Source of the DNA: Toensbergia leucococca
Lineage: Eukaryota
NCBI GenBank assembly: GCA_022813965.1
Contig: JALDZS010000164.1
Span: forward strand, 1-52,673
Direction of reading: 5' to 3'
DNA length: 52,673 bases
Shown one piece after another: positions 35,120-49,081 of this stretch (position 1 is its first letter; each line of letters begins with the position of its first letter). The translations under genes were made by a program, and so were the position numbers. The notes under the pieces were generated by a model. It saw only the letters and a list, made by a program, of their open reading frames with translations. It did not search any database and had not been told where the DNA came from.

Positions 35120-37389
35120 ATGAAGCTCAGCAATCACTCAATCGTACCTGTCTACACGATATCAGGCTCATCCACTGCTCGCCCTCTCCCAGAATGGCTG
35201 GCACGAAAGAGGAAACGCAGCCTGAAAAACGACCCCGAATTTGCGAATCGCATTGAGCTCCTCCAGGATTTCGAATTCGAAGAGGCTAGCCAATGTGTCC
35301 GAGTCAGCGAAGATGGCCAGTGGGTCATGAGTACAGGTGAACAGACTATCTATCGCCTTTGCAGAAACTTCAGAACCACAAGACTGTTCCCTATCCTCAG
35401 CAGGGCAGTTGGCTAATGAACCATGTGTGCTCAGGAACTTACAAACCTCAGATACACACTCATTACCTACCCCACCTCTCATTGTCTTTTGCTCGTCACA
35501 CCAAATCACTCAACACTACCTTTCTCCTCCTATCCTCAGATTACTCGAAATCCATGCATCTTCAAGCCGATCGCTCCATAGAATTCCATACGCCACAAGG
35601 GCTTCATCATACTACTCGAATACCTCGTTATGGAAGAGACCTCACCTACGACAGGCGTTCAGCCGAAGCGCTTATACCTGCTGCTGGAGTCAATCAGGAA
35701 GGAAATGGGGAGGTTTTTCGGCTGAACCTAGAAGCCGGGAGGTTCATGCGAAGCTATGAAGTTGATGTTGGGGGAGACGACTTCACATCTGCAGGAGGAG
35801 GATCGTTACAAGGTGGAATAACTTGCGGAAGTGTCAATACTGCTACTGTTGCTGAAGATAGTCACAATCTTCTAGCATTTGGTACTTCGATTGGTACTAC
35901 CGAACTCTGGGATTCTAGATCCAGGAGTCGAGTTGGAGTTATACAAGCCACAGAGCCAGACATGATTGACGGGAGGCAGGAAATCACAGCACTGGAGTTC
36001 CATAGGTCCGGTTTAACCCTAGCAACAGGCTCATCCTCAGGATTGATCTACATGTATGATTTACGTTCCCCAATTCCGCTATTGAAAAAGGACCAAGGAT
36101 ACGGATATCCGATCCACACGCTCACATTTTTGACCTCGTCTACGGCCACTCGCTCACAAGACAATGAGCCAAAGATTCTTTCTGCCGACAAGAGGATCAT
36201 CAAAATATGGGATACCCGAGATGGAAAGCCTTGGACATCCGTGGAACCTGCAGTGGATTTGAACTCTGTAGCCTGGTGTAAAGAATCGGGAATGCTGCTT
36301 ACAGCAAACGAAGGCAGGCAGCAGCATTCATTTTTCATTCCTCAATTAGGTCCAGCACCAAAATGGTGTTCTTTCTTAGATAACCTTGTTGAGGAAATGG
36401 CTGAAGACCCCAATGATCCGAGTGCCTTTACGAGTCAAGGAGCTGGTGAAATATACGATAACTACAAGTTTCTGACGACCGGACAGTTGGCAACTTTGAA
36501 CCTAGCGCATCTTGTGGGTACCACAAGTCTTTTAAGACCATATATGCATGGCTACTTTGTGGCACAACGATTATATGAAGAAGCTAAACTTATCGCTGAT
36601 CCGTTCGTGTGGGAGGAGGAGAGAGCAAAAAGAGTCAAAGCGAAGATTGATACCGAAAGAGAAAGCAGGATACGTGGCAAAAAAAAGATCTCTGCCAAGG
36701 TCAATAAACAATTAGCCGAGAAAATGATAGATAGAGTAGAAAAGAATGAAAGACGGCGGGCGAAGAGGGTGTTGGAGAAGGGCGGGGATGACGACGTCGT
36801 TGAAGAAGCCCACAAATCTAGTGTCAATGAAGGGGGCTCGGTTGCGTTACTGGATGACCCACGGTTTGCGAAGTTGTTTCAAGATGAGGATTTTGCAATT
36901 GACGAGAGATCTCGAGAATTCCAATCCCTCAATCCCAGCACGATCCCAATGCCCGAGGACAGAAGCGAACGCAATGACCCAAGTTCACGTAGACTCACCG
37001 CTGTGGAAGAAGAGGACTTGGACGAGAGACTGGCATCTACATCGGAAAATACTAGTAGCGGAGAGGAGAAGCCTGTGGCCAAGCCCAGAGATACTGGACG
37101 CATCTCCTCCGTCTCCTACAAGCGGTCAGGACACCGTTCTCAGCAAACAAAGATGCAAGTCACATCGTCCAAGAAACTTCAACCAGCAAAAGACCGGTCG
37201 TTTGGTTCTAGAGCCGAGCGATCCAAAAATGCCAAAGGTAGCACTGGTACTGTGGTCGGCGAACGCGAGATCACCTTTGCGCCGGAGCGGATAAACAAAG
37301 CCTCGAAGGCTCCCAATTTCGAGCGCACGGAAAGAAGGCGGGACGAGGGAAGGAGGAGCGCGAGTGGGAATGTCTTCCGTGGCTTGTAG
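35120..37389 (+). CDS. ENP2: Ribosome biogenesis WD40 protein Enp2/NOL10
   Basis: MKLSNHSIVPVYTISG...RIELLQDFEFEEAS, one intron (35337-35434), then GTYKPQIH, FFIPQLGPAPKWCSFLDNL, YDNYKF and NUC153-like DDPRFAKLF. Confidence 0.95.
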
Positions 37390-38037
37390 GATTGAGACCT
37401 TGAATGCCCCTTCAAGTAATGTCCGGATGCGGTGGACTCATGGATTATTACCTTGCAAGTCCATCGACAGGAACCGGATTCGACCATTAATGAGACGGAT
37501 GATTTTCTTTGTATTATTGAGAACGAACAACACTATGAGTTCCTGGCGAATGGGCTCTCATTTCTTGAAGTAAGTCCAGGCCACAAGGTTGGGCAGTGAT
37601 ACCCATTCCGTCGTGTAGTGTTGAAAGAGACCCATCGCGTCTATTTTTTGAAATCTTCAACACAAACAGCTCAGCATGTTTCTCGCCTTTTGTCCTGGTT
37701 TCATTAGCATGTTTGCAACAACACCTTGATTTTTCCCATTACGTCCTCAACATTGATTCTCTACGTCAAACGAAAGTGATATCTACACACTTCTTGTTCA
37801 TCTTCTTGCACATCTCTCTGATTGCAACCAACTTCGAATCTATCACGCCACTTGCGCGGAACCGTCCATCCACCTCACTGCAAGCTATCACACTAAGCAT
37901 AGATAGATAGTATTCCCTATTCTAATCAAGCTTTCCCTCCGACTTGTCGAGGGACTTTCCCTTCAAGTGCACTGCGTGGTCCATCGTACCAACCAAGCGC
38001 ACTAATCATTGGATCTGGTCCCCTTATCTATCTCGGA

Positions 38038-39215
38038 ATGGCACCTTCACTTCGAAATGTGGCGTCCGTGGGAAATAATGGCATTCCGCTTGATTCGTTA
38101 GCTGACCCATCGGAATGTCGAGGAACTTCAACTGATATCATCATAGGAATGCTTTTGTGTCGGCATTGTAAGTTCTCATTTCGGCTTCTCAGCTTCTTAG
38201 TTTGGTTTCAAGCATGCATATGCAATTTGAGCATGCTACCTCTTATGTAGCCTGAGATACGGAATTAATCTGCTCCACTAACCTTTATCTAAGGCATGTA
38301 CCAGATAATTATGACCTCTTTGATTTACAAGAGCAATCGGCAGGTTTTAGCTGCTCTAGTCAACAAGACATAGCACGCCAACTTCGTTTTTTTGCCTTCA
38401 ACGACATACCACCTCATGGATTCAGCATTGGGGTAGACGGGGTGAGGGAGAGGCTGCGAAGAATAGAAGAGAATTGGGTGAAGGGCATGTCAGCTTCTGG
38501 TATTGACACTGCATTTTGGGATGCATGCTACGAGCGCCAGAACCAGCCTCGCAGCTTCCAGGTGCGCGACAAGTACATCGATATGGCTGCTGATGAGATA
38601 TTCATGTTATCAATCGATACAAAATGCAAGGTCGAAACGCTCATTCACATGACAATGGTCGAGATTGCCGACCTTAGCCTGGCGAAATCACCGGGAGATC
38701 CGGCCGACAGTGATATTCGAGAGGCATCTGCTCATAATCCTTCTATGCCCCAAGTTCTAGGTTCCATTCATTCACGTAAGAAGGCTATTCCACGAAAGCG
38801 GCCTCCAACCTCGGCTCGTGTACCTTCAGCGAAACAGTATCAAGTCTCAGCCGATACGAGCTCGAGAAAACGATCTCGTCCAGCTTCTCCTATTGAAGAC
38901 GAACCCGCCCCAACAACATCCAAGGATCCAACAACTCCACCAGCGTTGTCGAGGCGTAAACGAGTCAAGAATAGCCAGAACTTGAGCTCGGCGATAAGCC
39001 CGACCTCATCTTTCACGAAGCTTCTACCGACTCCAAAGGAAGTACACGGGATGAAAAGGGGGAATAGGAACATAAGATTATCGCATACAGATGTTAATAA
39101 TGTACAGAAGAAGATGAGTGGCCTGTCGATGGAGGAAGCCAAGGGAATGACATTTGGCACGCTGAAGAATGGTCAGCCGCAAAATACAAGATGGGATGAT
39201 GCGGATGAGAAATGA
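38038..39215 (+). CDS. Hypothetical protein with basic/Ser-Pro-rich C-terminus (NLS-like RKRSR, RRKRVK)
   Basis: GTAAGT donor at about 38168. The frame of ORF 38442..39215 stays open upstream to about 38294. Exact exon structure is uncertain. Confidence 0.55.
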
Positions 39216-40107
39216 GATTCTCCAAATGACAGGCTTTTAGATCACGATTCATAGAGCTCGGTATATAATTGCGAGGTGTGTCAGGCTCTTAAATCTGTAC
39301 TGATTCAAGACTTTGGTTTGCCAGTACATAGCTCTGTATAAATGTTGTGGTTGTCGATTGGAGTAAGCGCTTCAGCGAGTTCCGGTGCGAAACATTGCGA
39401 AACATGTATCCGTACCATAGTGACGAAGCGAGGTAGGGAAATGGTACGGACAGGTAGGAGTGGTAGTCACGGTAAGAAGGGTTAATGATTGCTGTAGGGT
39501 TAGTAGCTGCATAAGATTGAATAGAAACGAAAACTTGTCACTGGGGAACTTTTCTACTCGACTCCTCCCCTTTTTCCCTTTTTCCCTTTTTCTAATTACG
39601 AGTAGCTAAAGTACCACGAGTACCGGGCACCTACCTACCTATTCGTGCTATTCTAAGATCTTTTGAGTTGGCGTGACAGAATATGCAGCCCCACTCGGTA
39701 GAAAGGTGGAGCTTACGGAATCCTCGGCACGGGCATAAATGATGGGAGCTGAGGACAGAGAAAAGAGGCTTGAAAGGTTTTTCGGTTTTTCTTTCCTGAA
39801 AACATAGACTGCTTCGCGACCAACGAGTCTCCATCTCACATCTCACACCTCACCGTAGAGCTGACCAATCTGAGACACTGCATGGATTGAACGCAATCGT
39901 CATGACAGATGTATCAACCATTACCAGCATTTGCTCTCTTCATACGCGACATCGTGCCTTCTCTTCGCTGAGAATGCACAGCGTCTGCAGGCTACACATA
40001 AGACAGCATGTGGAATACTGTTCAGAAGAAAAAGAAAAAAAACCTCATCGAGGCCAAGATCCTCTGCCCTGTCTTACCTTCCAGTCACCGCCTCAGCTGT
40101 CTGCAGA

Positions 40108-43100
40108 ATGACGAATACTGGAGACTTCCCCGAGAACACTTTCACCAACGTCTACCGTATTGTCAGTATATCCCTCTGTTTCTTCGTGCTATTCTCATCA
40201 AGCACAGGATGGCCTGCGTTTCATTCAATGGTCACTATACTCTCTTGGTCACGTGAAAACTTCGCAAGATTTATCCAGGGATGGCTCAGTGTTGCCAGCT
40301 TCCCAGAGAGGAGAAGATGGCCAAATCACCGAACACATGCGTGACATAGAGTTTGAATTGCGCCGCAATTCTAAACCTGTACTTTACGATGCAGACCTAC
40401 TAGCCATATGGGCTTTTGATCTGTATGGGGCCAGTGCGGCTAAAGGGCTCGAATCCACTCGGAAAGAGGATATATCCTCCTTGATGGACCGTCTTAACAT
40501 GACTAGTAAGTTGAGTCGAAATTCGGCCCGAAATAAACCCTCTAATTACACGTAGAGGTAAGTTCCGGTCATCTCCGAGCGTCAGATTTGTCTAGTGAAA
40601 CTGGACCGCCTGTAACAAAAGCAAAGACTTCCAAGACGCCCATCGTAATCAAGCAAGAACCCCTGGATTATCGACATGCAAACACGCAAGCTTTCGGAGA
40701 AAATGCCGCTTCGAGTAAGATGAGTACAGTCTTGCAGATCCATGATGATACAACGACAGACGGACCATTTCCTCAAAATCCAGAAACCATGTATTCGAAT
40801 TTTGTCAAAGCTATTAAATCATCTTTGTTGTACCACGCATCTAGAAGCCAAGATATATTGCCTCTAGGTGTTTCGTCATTTATTACCACGCAAAACTTAC
40901 AGGAATCCTTTGCTGCCCAGGATGTCGGGCTCGGTCCATACTTTGCGGAAGTATCGCAAGGCTCATATCAGCTACAATGGTTTCCCTCCGGAACACTCAC
41001 CGTGTCAACTTGCCTTGAGCCTGTGCCTGGACTATACAGCCTCGTCAAATCGCCATCGAGTAGTGGTGAGGAGCAAGAGATCTCAAGGACCTGTGACATC
41101 GTACTTCTTCCATCGGGCCGAAAGGGTAAGTACTGTGGAAATGAGAGCTCGAATAGTTTCGGGACTAGCGGTAGTGCTGAAGAGTCTCACGGTCAACTAG
41201 GGTTGCATGGACAAGACCGCTTGTTTTCAGCCCGCTGGAACTGGAAATCTTCCGTGATGATCTTCTTAAGAAGACATGGACTAAGCGTCTTACAAGAGGA
41301 TCGATGGGTTGAAGTTGAGATACGAATGTTTTATGAATCGCGGAAAGCCGGGAGTTTGCGCTCGACAAGACCTTCGCTGGTCAAGGTCCTTTGGCCTGCA
41401 CGGCTATGCTTGTACCATGCGAATCAAGTCACCTGCGAAGAACCAAATCTTACGTGGGTCTGTGGATCTAGCGAAGACAGTAAACATGACCCTCTTCTAA
41501 GTGCCGAAGCGTGGTTCAAATCCAAAGACATCCGAAATGAAGCGATAGAGACCAAGAAGCAAAAGGACGAGTTTGATGCCGAAATGCGGAAGAAGTCTCT
41601 GTCTTTGGAAGACGATGAAACATCCCCAAACTCCATCTTACACTTAGATCAGTACTCTGTTGTACAAGACGTCAGCGGCATATACCCTACTCCGCCAGAC
41701 GCTCTACTAACGCAAGGCGTTGGGGCATCTATGAGCAGTGAGCGACATACAGTTGGCGGTGACTTTGAAGCTTCTAGTATGAAACATGCTCTTGAAGATG
41801 ACAATGGACGTACTGAGCTCGCATCTACAACATCACCAGAGATGAACTTTAATTTGGCTCAATTTGGCGAGCAGGAAGACGAGGACCTTTTTGGAGATAT
41901 GGATACAGAGATGTTTACAGCAAATGGACTTACGGAAGACGACTTTAACTTCTTTGATGAACCTGATGAGGATGGGATTGCTGATTCCAAGAATCACGAT
42001 TGTGAGACTGTGCTAGATGAAGTTCCCGACGAATTCAAGCCCGATATTTTGCCAAAAGACTTGTCTTCTGTTCATCGTGTCATCAGAGGCACCAAAGGCG
42101 ATGTATCCCAAAGCTCAGGACTCGAAAGGTCCAATCCAGATTCAACGACGGAAGAACCCATCAAGTTGGAAGGTACCCAATTCTTCCCAATTCAATGAGT
42201 TTCTTTTGTTTAGCTAACCCTAATCCCTTGACCTCAGATGTAGATTCGCCGTTAGATGTTTCGCCTGAGATTGTTCAATTCCTGAGCCCGCCATCAAGTC
42301 CTATCAAATCAAAGAAGGGATTGCATCAAATATATGCCGAATCTGCTACAGGCAACTTTGAGTCGAATGTCACTCCTCCAAATATGGCCGACATACCAGA
42401 TCCAAGCCGTAGCGATTTTAGAAGAGGCCTGTTCGGGTCGATATCGTTCCGCGGCAGGGCGCTGGGTGTTGACCGCAAATATGCCGATGAAGGAAGATTT
42501 GACTTCCACAACAACACAAAACCCGTTGATTCGCATCGTCCCAATGACAAAACCACACAAAAGTTCTCACTTCCACGTACTGGATTAGATCCAGGCCGAT
42601 CGAACCTGAAATCTGTCAGTCGTGACAGGACGGAGGATCTCGGTGCGTAGATACATCGAGCTTGCTTTCTTCCAACACTAATATGAGTAACACAGAAGCG
42701 GATCAGACAGAAGAAGAAGATTCTAGTCGAGGTTCTTCATCACCGAGTCCAAGTTCAAGATCAGAAGCAACCGACGAAACAGATCTACTTATTTCACGCA
42801 AGCGAAAGCGTGGAAACGGAAGCGATACTGGAGTAGCACCTACACCTTCCAATCTAAAATCTATAACCAACTCTCCTCTAATATCGCCCGTTGACGAAAT
42901 GGCGCTTGCAGTCGATCTCCTCTCTGTGGAAACAGCAGACATCGAAATGAAAGAATGCTTTTCCGTTCAATCGAAGCATTCAGACTCAACTCTTTCGCCA
43001 TATTCAGGGAGCGACGCCGAGTTCATTGAAGTTGCTCAAATACTGGCCGACCAACTAGTCTCCCCAACCAGATTGCTATCGAACATGACCGATCTCGATG

Positions 43101-45068
43101 AGAATGAAGGCTCGTCAACGATCAGGCAAGCTGATGATTACGGAGACGCGCTGACACACGTTTTACCCAACATATTCGCGCATTTCAAAAGATGTGATCT
43201 GACTTCTTATACCACAAGTGGCGAAGAAAACCCGCCAAATCCACCACCAAGCAACCATGCCGTGCGATCTTCGCAGAAGCGGCAAAGTGGATCGAAGATT
43301 TCCCTTACCCCTAAAGGTAATGTGTTCAAGCTAGATGTTCCTTACATATGCGTTCGACGTGCCGAGATGACCATGGACATGCGGCCTGCAGCCATTCAAT
43401 TCTGGGAAGAGCTTGGCCTGGGACCATCTCATGGTAGCAAAGACGTCTCAGCTTGCTGTATATATCCCGAGAATAACAGTATTCAGAGGGGTGTTGAGAC
43501 ATTTCTGACAATGGTTGGGAGCGCCTATCAGAGCTGCAAGTTGGGCGCCCACGCGCCTATATCTGATCCTGATGAACTCATCAATGGGCTAGTACCATTT
43601 CGAATGGGTGGAAGCAGCCTCGAAGATGCTTTGAGCGGCCTTGATGCTGCTTGCGAACAGTTTGGTACGTCTCTCATCATTGAAACACCAAATTTGAACT
43701 CAAGTGAGACAGGTCAGAAGCTGTCGAAACAAAGTAAGCGAGAAAGAAACATTGTTGTCTACATGATCAACCCTTTTCTGGATCCGAACGTGTTACCCCG
43801 TCTCTGCGCGGCCTTCTCAAAAGCCGCTGAGACGTACATGTCTTCCTCGGAGCTCAAAAATATCCACGACCCCAGCATTCTAGTACTTCAAATCATTTCC
43901 CTTGGATTGGTAGCCTCTTCAACTGCTATAGTCTTGCCACCACCTGCAGCGTATACGAGACTAGCGTTCGAAGTATACGACCGATGCAGTTTATTTATTA
44001 GGACAGGTAAAGAAGGAAGCGCACGCTCCCGTGCTGCGCCATCAGTGCATCTGAGTAAGGCACTACCAAAGGCCATCAACTTCCGACTGAATCCAGAGCC
44101 CATATCTGGCCTACTGCAAGCAGATTCCTGCTTTCATTTGTCGTATTCATGGGAGCCTGGTCGACAATGGCTTACGGCAAGCTGGACAGACAATCAAGGA
44201 ACAAAGCAATGGAATGCTTCCTATTGCTTCGGGCATGCGACATTTAAGCCTTGGGATGCGTTTTCGAGTATTGCTACAGAGATCTGGGATACCACATTAG
44301 AAATGCTGCATCCGAACAATACATCGTGGCGACTCTTTCTTGCAAAAGACAGTTCATTCAAGAAGAACGAGGTTGACGGTAAGCTAGCGAATGTAAAACT
44401 TGGGCCGTTTGATGAGTCTAACGCTTGGAATAGTTTGGATGGCATTGGCTGCACGGACGAAACAAGCTGTGTTGGCCCTTTCCTTGATCGCTGTTGACGT
44501 CTCGCCGTCTCTCTGTTTCTCGTCTGCCCAGCTCATCGATTCCCATCCAAATTCTGCTGCCATAGCAAGCGGTCTGTACACAACACCAGGGTCCACGCCG
44601 CAAGCAAGTATGCTTTCTCCTGATCAGTACGGCACCGTTACTCCGCCTGGAGGCATAGGACAAGTGAATGCTCCCACACCCACTAGTACAGCCTTCGACC
44701 AAGATACAGACGCCAGGCTCGTGGATGTCACCAGTGAGACGTGGGGTGTGAGCATGGCTCAAGCTCTCAAGCACACGAACGGCCAGACATCTGTCTATCC
44801 TGCTCTCGCAAGTGGTTTCATCGTCAAGCGAGCGGGCCCAAGAGATGAGGATAGGCTAATTGCTATGGGAGTAGATGTGGTATATGCCCAAAGACCTTAC
44901 GAGGGACTATTGAAAGATTTATTGGGAATGTATGGAAGCTTGGGCACCTTGGCGAGAGCACGAGGGCTAGTTGATCCGGTGAGGGGTGTGTTACCTTGGC
45001 ATGTTGCCGCTGCCAGGATACCGAATAAGGGACTTTGTGGTATGATGTTGTACAATGGAGGGAGTTAA
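40108..45068 (+). CDS. SSN2: Mediator kinase-module subunit Med13
   Basis: Multi-exon. N-terminal DFPENTFTNVYRI, WPARLC, GIYPTPPD, TEDDFNFFDEPD, FWEELGLGPSHGSKDV, WLTASWTDNQG and C-terminal LPWHVAAA. Confidence 0.93.
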
Positions 45069-45864
45069 GGCCAGCGAACACGGTAACTTGGTGAGTTGAC
45101 AATTTGAATTCGGAGAATCTGTCGTTATTTTGTTGGATTCAATACTAAAATTCAAGTCCCTTTGGTTGGCCTTGTTCAGTGAGCAAATATCACCAGGCTT
45201 TTGACACATTAAAATGTGAAAATAGGCGGCGAGAATAGATAGTGCGAAGTTTCTATCGTCGTCGTCAAAAAAATCCCCCTCATCCTGCTAGACGGGGCGT
45301 AGTACCTCAGCGCACAGCTACCTTTTGGTGGGAGCAAGGCTGCTATCGCGGCTGAAGATATAAGATATTCAATAGTCAAAGGCACATGGAATTTGAGGGC
45401 GAGAAAGCACGGCCTCAAGCCACGTGTGAAAGTCAAGAATACAGGCACTCGCAAACTCTAGATTAGATGATGCGCTGCTGTACGTTGACAGACATGGTTG
45501 CCTTGATTTTCGTTCCGATGCGGACGAAAGTCAGAAGAGGAGGAAGGAAGAAGGGAGAAGAAGGAAGGCATCAGCGTGGGATCATCTGAATATGATTGGC
45601 CTTTGCAATGCTCGGCTTTGAAATCAATGCATATAGATATTATACTCAAGTGACACCAAAGTGACGCCCTGCATGATCCTACATTTGCCTGACAAATCAT
45701 ACTGCATAAAATCGTGTAAAACCCCCCTACTTTCGAAGCATAAGAACCCACCGAATACCTCAGTTTCGACAACTACCCGCCAACCCCACCACCTCCAAAC
45801 CTCTCCTCTCACCTCTAACCTCTCATCACTCACCTAACCTCATCCCATCAACACAAAATCAGTC

Positions 45865-46374
45865 ATGCCTCTAACCCTCTATGAAATCACCATCCCTGTC
45901 TTCACCCGCGCCCTCACCCAAGTCTCTGCCATCCTCCAAAAAGCCTCCGACCACGCCTCTTCAACCAAGGTCCCCCCCTCCCAACTCGTCGAAACCAAGC
46001 TCGCCCCCGACATGCGCGGCCTGCCCTTCCAAATCCAAACTCTCAGCGACACGGCCAAATTCGTCGCCGTGCGCGTCGCCGGTATCGAGCCTGTGCCGAT
46101 GGAGGACACGGAAACCACGTTCGAGGAACTGCAGACGCGGGTCAAGCGGACCATTGAATTGCTGGAGGGCGTTGAGAAGACGAGCATGGATGGCAAAGAG
46201 GATGAGGAGGTTGTGCTTAAGAGGTTTGGAGATATCAAGTTTACGGCCAAGGAGTATGTGCTGGGTCTTGCGCTGCCGAATTTTTGGTTCCACGTTGTTA
46301 CGGCTTATGACATTTTGAGGCATGCGGGGGTACCGCTGGTGAAATTGGATTATCTTGGGCCTCCTCCGGCTTAG
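45865..46374 (+). CDS. DUF1993 (DinB-like) family protein
   Basis: Motifs LAPDMRGLPFQIQ, ETTFEELQTRV and LPNFWFHVVTAYDILRHAGVPLVKLDYLG. Confidence 0.92.
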   Translation: MPLTLYEITIPVFTRALTQVSAILQKASDHASSTKVPPSQLVETKLAPDMRGLPFQIQTLSDTAKFVAVRVAGIEPVPMEDTETTFEELQTRVKRTIELLEGVEKTSMDGKEDEEVVLKRFGDIKFTAKEYVLGLALPNFWFHVVTAYDILRHAGVPLVKLDYLGPPPA

Positions 46375-47374
46375 GATTGTCTGTGAGATGGGTTTGTGTT
46401 GCTCTATAGCAATTCGGAGACTCTAGCTGCCGAGGTAAAAGGGATCTATTACTGTGGAACAATGGGGTACATGGTTGCATCATGCTACATTTTGGGTCTC
46501 TCATGGACTACTATCTTTTGAACTCCCTTTTGTTGCGACTATTGTCCTCCTTCTCGAGACACCCCATACAAGTAGTATCTGCAGAGCTGCTTGTATGGTT
46601 TATATCCGCCATCGCAAACCCGTCTTTCGCTCTGTCTATCATCTGGGGTTGGTGATTAGTCCAAATACATGATGCTATACACTTTAACTTGATGTACTTC
46701 CCCGTGGCTCCTGCTCTTAGCTCTTCGCGACTTCACTTTTCCATGTTTCACCAGCTGGATAGATATTTGAAGCTTTCATGCTTTCTTCAAAAGACACGAT
46801 GACTACTTGGATCTCGTTCTACTCTCTTTTCATACTCATCACAGCTTGCAGATGCGGAATGTATGATGCAGCACCCTCAATCCAAGGAATGCTAAGATGA
46901 TCAAATAGAATCACGCAGCAGCCTATCTCCCATGCTTTGAGAACTGACACTCACCAAGCATAGATTACGTCCTTGACATGTTGCCGACGTAGGCAATATC
47001 GTCTTTCCTATCTGCCTGAGTTCAAGAGGCTTCACCTACCCTATTGAAAAGATTCAGGTAAATGGGCAAGTCCTCAAAGATCATGTGTGAAGAGGAAAAG
47101 TTTACTTGACCTGTGTTCGGCTGATTTAATCACGATAAGGTATCGTCACTGATCACTAGCTGAATATCATATGTCAATGTTAAAAGCTGCTGTTATTTCG
47201 TAATGTTAATGAACTTCAACAACATTCGAAAGATATGATTAACACATCCTTCATAACTTCATATTGCAACACCTCCTCTTTCCTTGCATTCCTTCTGAAA
47301 TATTTCAACCTGAGATTGTAAAGACCATCTACTTTGCCCTCATAGTACCTGTCGTGTCTGTCTACCTCTCTAAG

Positions 47375-48160
47375 ATGGATCCGTCAACTGATCTGCCCAC
47401 CACGCCTAACCGCTGTCAGACACCGGTCTCGTCAACGAGCCACTTCCGGTTCTTGGACCTCCCACTGGAAATCAGAGAAATCATCTACAGCAAACTCCTA
47501 ATTCAAGGCAAAGTCCGCGTTTACTGGTTGGCAAAACATCGCTACCGACGGACAGATACAGATCAGTACAGCCATCGAAAATCGTATCGTTTTTGGAATG
47601 GACATCAAAGAACCACGTATGCTGCACAACCTGCACAACCCGGGAATTTGTCGAAGGGAATCGATATCATGTTGGTCAACCATCAGATCAGAGACGAATC
47701 AATCCCTGTTCTATACCGAAGAATCGGTCTTTTCACAGATGACCTGGATGCCATGTCCGCTTTCCTTGTCGATCGTAGCGACTACGCGCTCGATAATATT
47801 CGCGACCTTGAACTGCACCTCCAGCGCTTGCCTTGGAAACCCATCTATGATTTTGCATGGCTCGAATTCTTTCGTTGTGTCGCTCGCCACATGCATCTAC
47901 GGAGCTTGACAATCACCTTTCTCAAGCTGACCCAACCTCACGAGTTTCCGGGCGTCAAGGAAGAGTTGACGCCGGAGTTTGAGACTGCTCTCATGGAGAT
48001 TAGAGGCTTGCGAACGTTGGAGATGAGGATGGCAGCGCCATTGGGGATGGATAGGCAACGGGAGACTGAGTTTTTGGAGGACGATAACGCGTTCTTGGCC
48101 GAGAGGATGGTTCATTTGAGATCGGTTATGCTTCGGGGTAATGGTCGCTGTGGCTCTTGA
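47375..48160 (+). CDS. F-box-like (FLDLPLEIR..IY) fungal protein
   Basis: HFRFLDLPLEIREIIYSKLL ... IMLVNHQIRDESIPVLY, a common fungal F-box-like architecture. First ATG at 47375. Confidence 0.8.
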   Translation: MDPSTDLPTTPNRCQTPVSSTSHFRFLDLPLEIREIIYSKLLIQGKVRVYWLAKHRYRRTDTDQYSHRKSYRFWNGHQRTTYAAQPAQPGNLSKGIDIMLVNHQIRDESIPVLYRRIGLFTDDLDAMSAFLVDRSDYALDNIRDLELHLQRLPWKPIYDFAWLEFFRCVARHMHLRSLTITFLKLTQPHEFPGVKEELTPEFETALMEIRGLRTLEMRMAAPLGMDRQRETEFLEDDNAFLAERMVHLRSVMLRGNGRCGS

Positions 48161-48184
48161 GCGGAGTTGAGCTTTGATTCAATT

Positions 48185-48303
48185 ATCCTCTTTTGAAGGT
48201 TGTTCGGATCTTGAGAGTAGATGTACTTTGCAATGATATGCAACAGAGTCATCCTCTCTTGAAGGTATTTAAGATATTGAGAGTAGATGTACTTCGCAAT
48301 CAT
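48185..48303 (+). repeat. Imperfect direct duplication, 66-bp period, just 3' of the F-box-like gene
   Basis: ATCCTCTYTTGAAGGT...TTGAGAGTAGATGTACTTYGCAAT at 48185 and 48251. Confidence 0.8.
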
Positions 48304-48309
48304 AAATCA

Positions 48310-48920
48310 TCGAGTCGTCAGTTGTGATTCATGACAGCTTCAATCAATTATGTAATATGATGCTCACTGATTAACCTATGCAAAGTTTACAACCCCTCTC
48401 TTATCTATTCTCTGAGTTATTTTGTGTGATATAAGTTACTGAATGAAGCTTAAGACGTGGCCGCTCATAGTGAAAGGGCAATGTACGGCTTCAAATCTCT
48501 GATCTTGAAATGAGAATGATTTTAGTCGTTTAAAATTCATGTATCTTTTGTCACACTGAATTTGATAGCTTCAATGAGGGTATGTTGACTAGGAGTAAGG
48601 TTGCATTCATGTGGTTGTGGAATTTGGTCATGAAAGTAGGAGCGCATTTGTCTCTGATTGAAATATATCTTTGTACAGATGATTAGATTTTCTTATTGAA
48701 AGTATTGAGATATGATCTTTCACAGTGACTTGAGCTTTGAGAAGGCTACAGAATGACTTTGAGTGAGGATTGAGGATTTTAGTGTGTGTTCTTGACCTTA
48801 GACACGCAGTTTTATTGTTAGATCAGGATTCTGACTCCCTCAAATTTGCTGTATCATGTAAACTCTGCTCAGCTAAATCTAGCTATATTCCTCAGTCAAG
48901 ATTAGTGTTGCAGTGAAGTG
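48310..48920. repeat. AT-rich, CpG-poor relic (possible decayed TE)
   Basis: Low GC, TG/CA-rich, no ORF of 60 aa or more in the track. Confidence 0.4.
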
Positions 48921-49081
48921 AAGCGTAGCGATCTATCTGTATATGTAGGCTTTCTCTGCACGGAGCTCCCTAATGAGTCAGTAACATGACAACTCTGATT
49001 ACCCTGTTATGTCAGATCCTTCATACTTAGTTCGTAGCCTTTCTATCGGGAGGTCTAAGTCCCGATGGATCTATCTCGTAG

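Noticed and set aside
45865..46374. Horizontal transfer of DUF1993 from bacteria
   Set aside because: The family is common in filamentous fungi. Lack of introns alone is not evidence.
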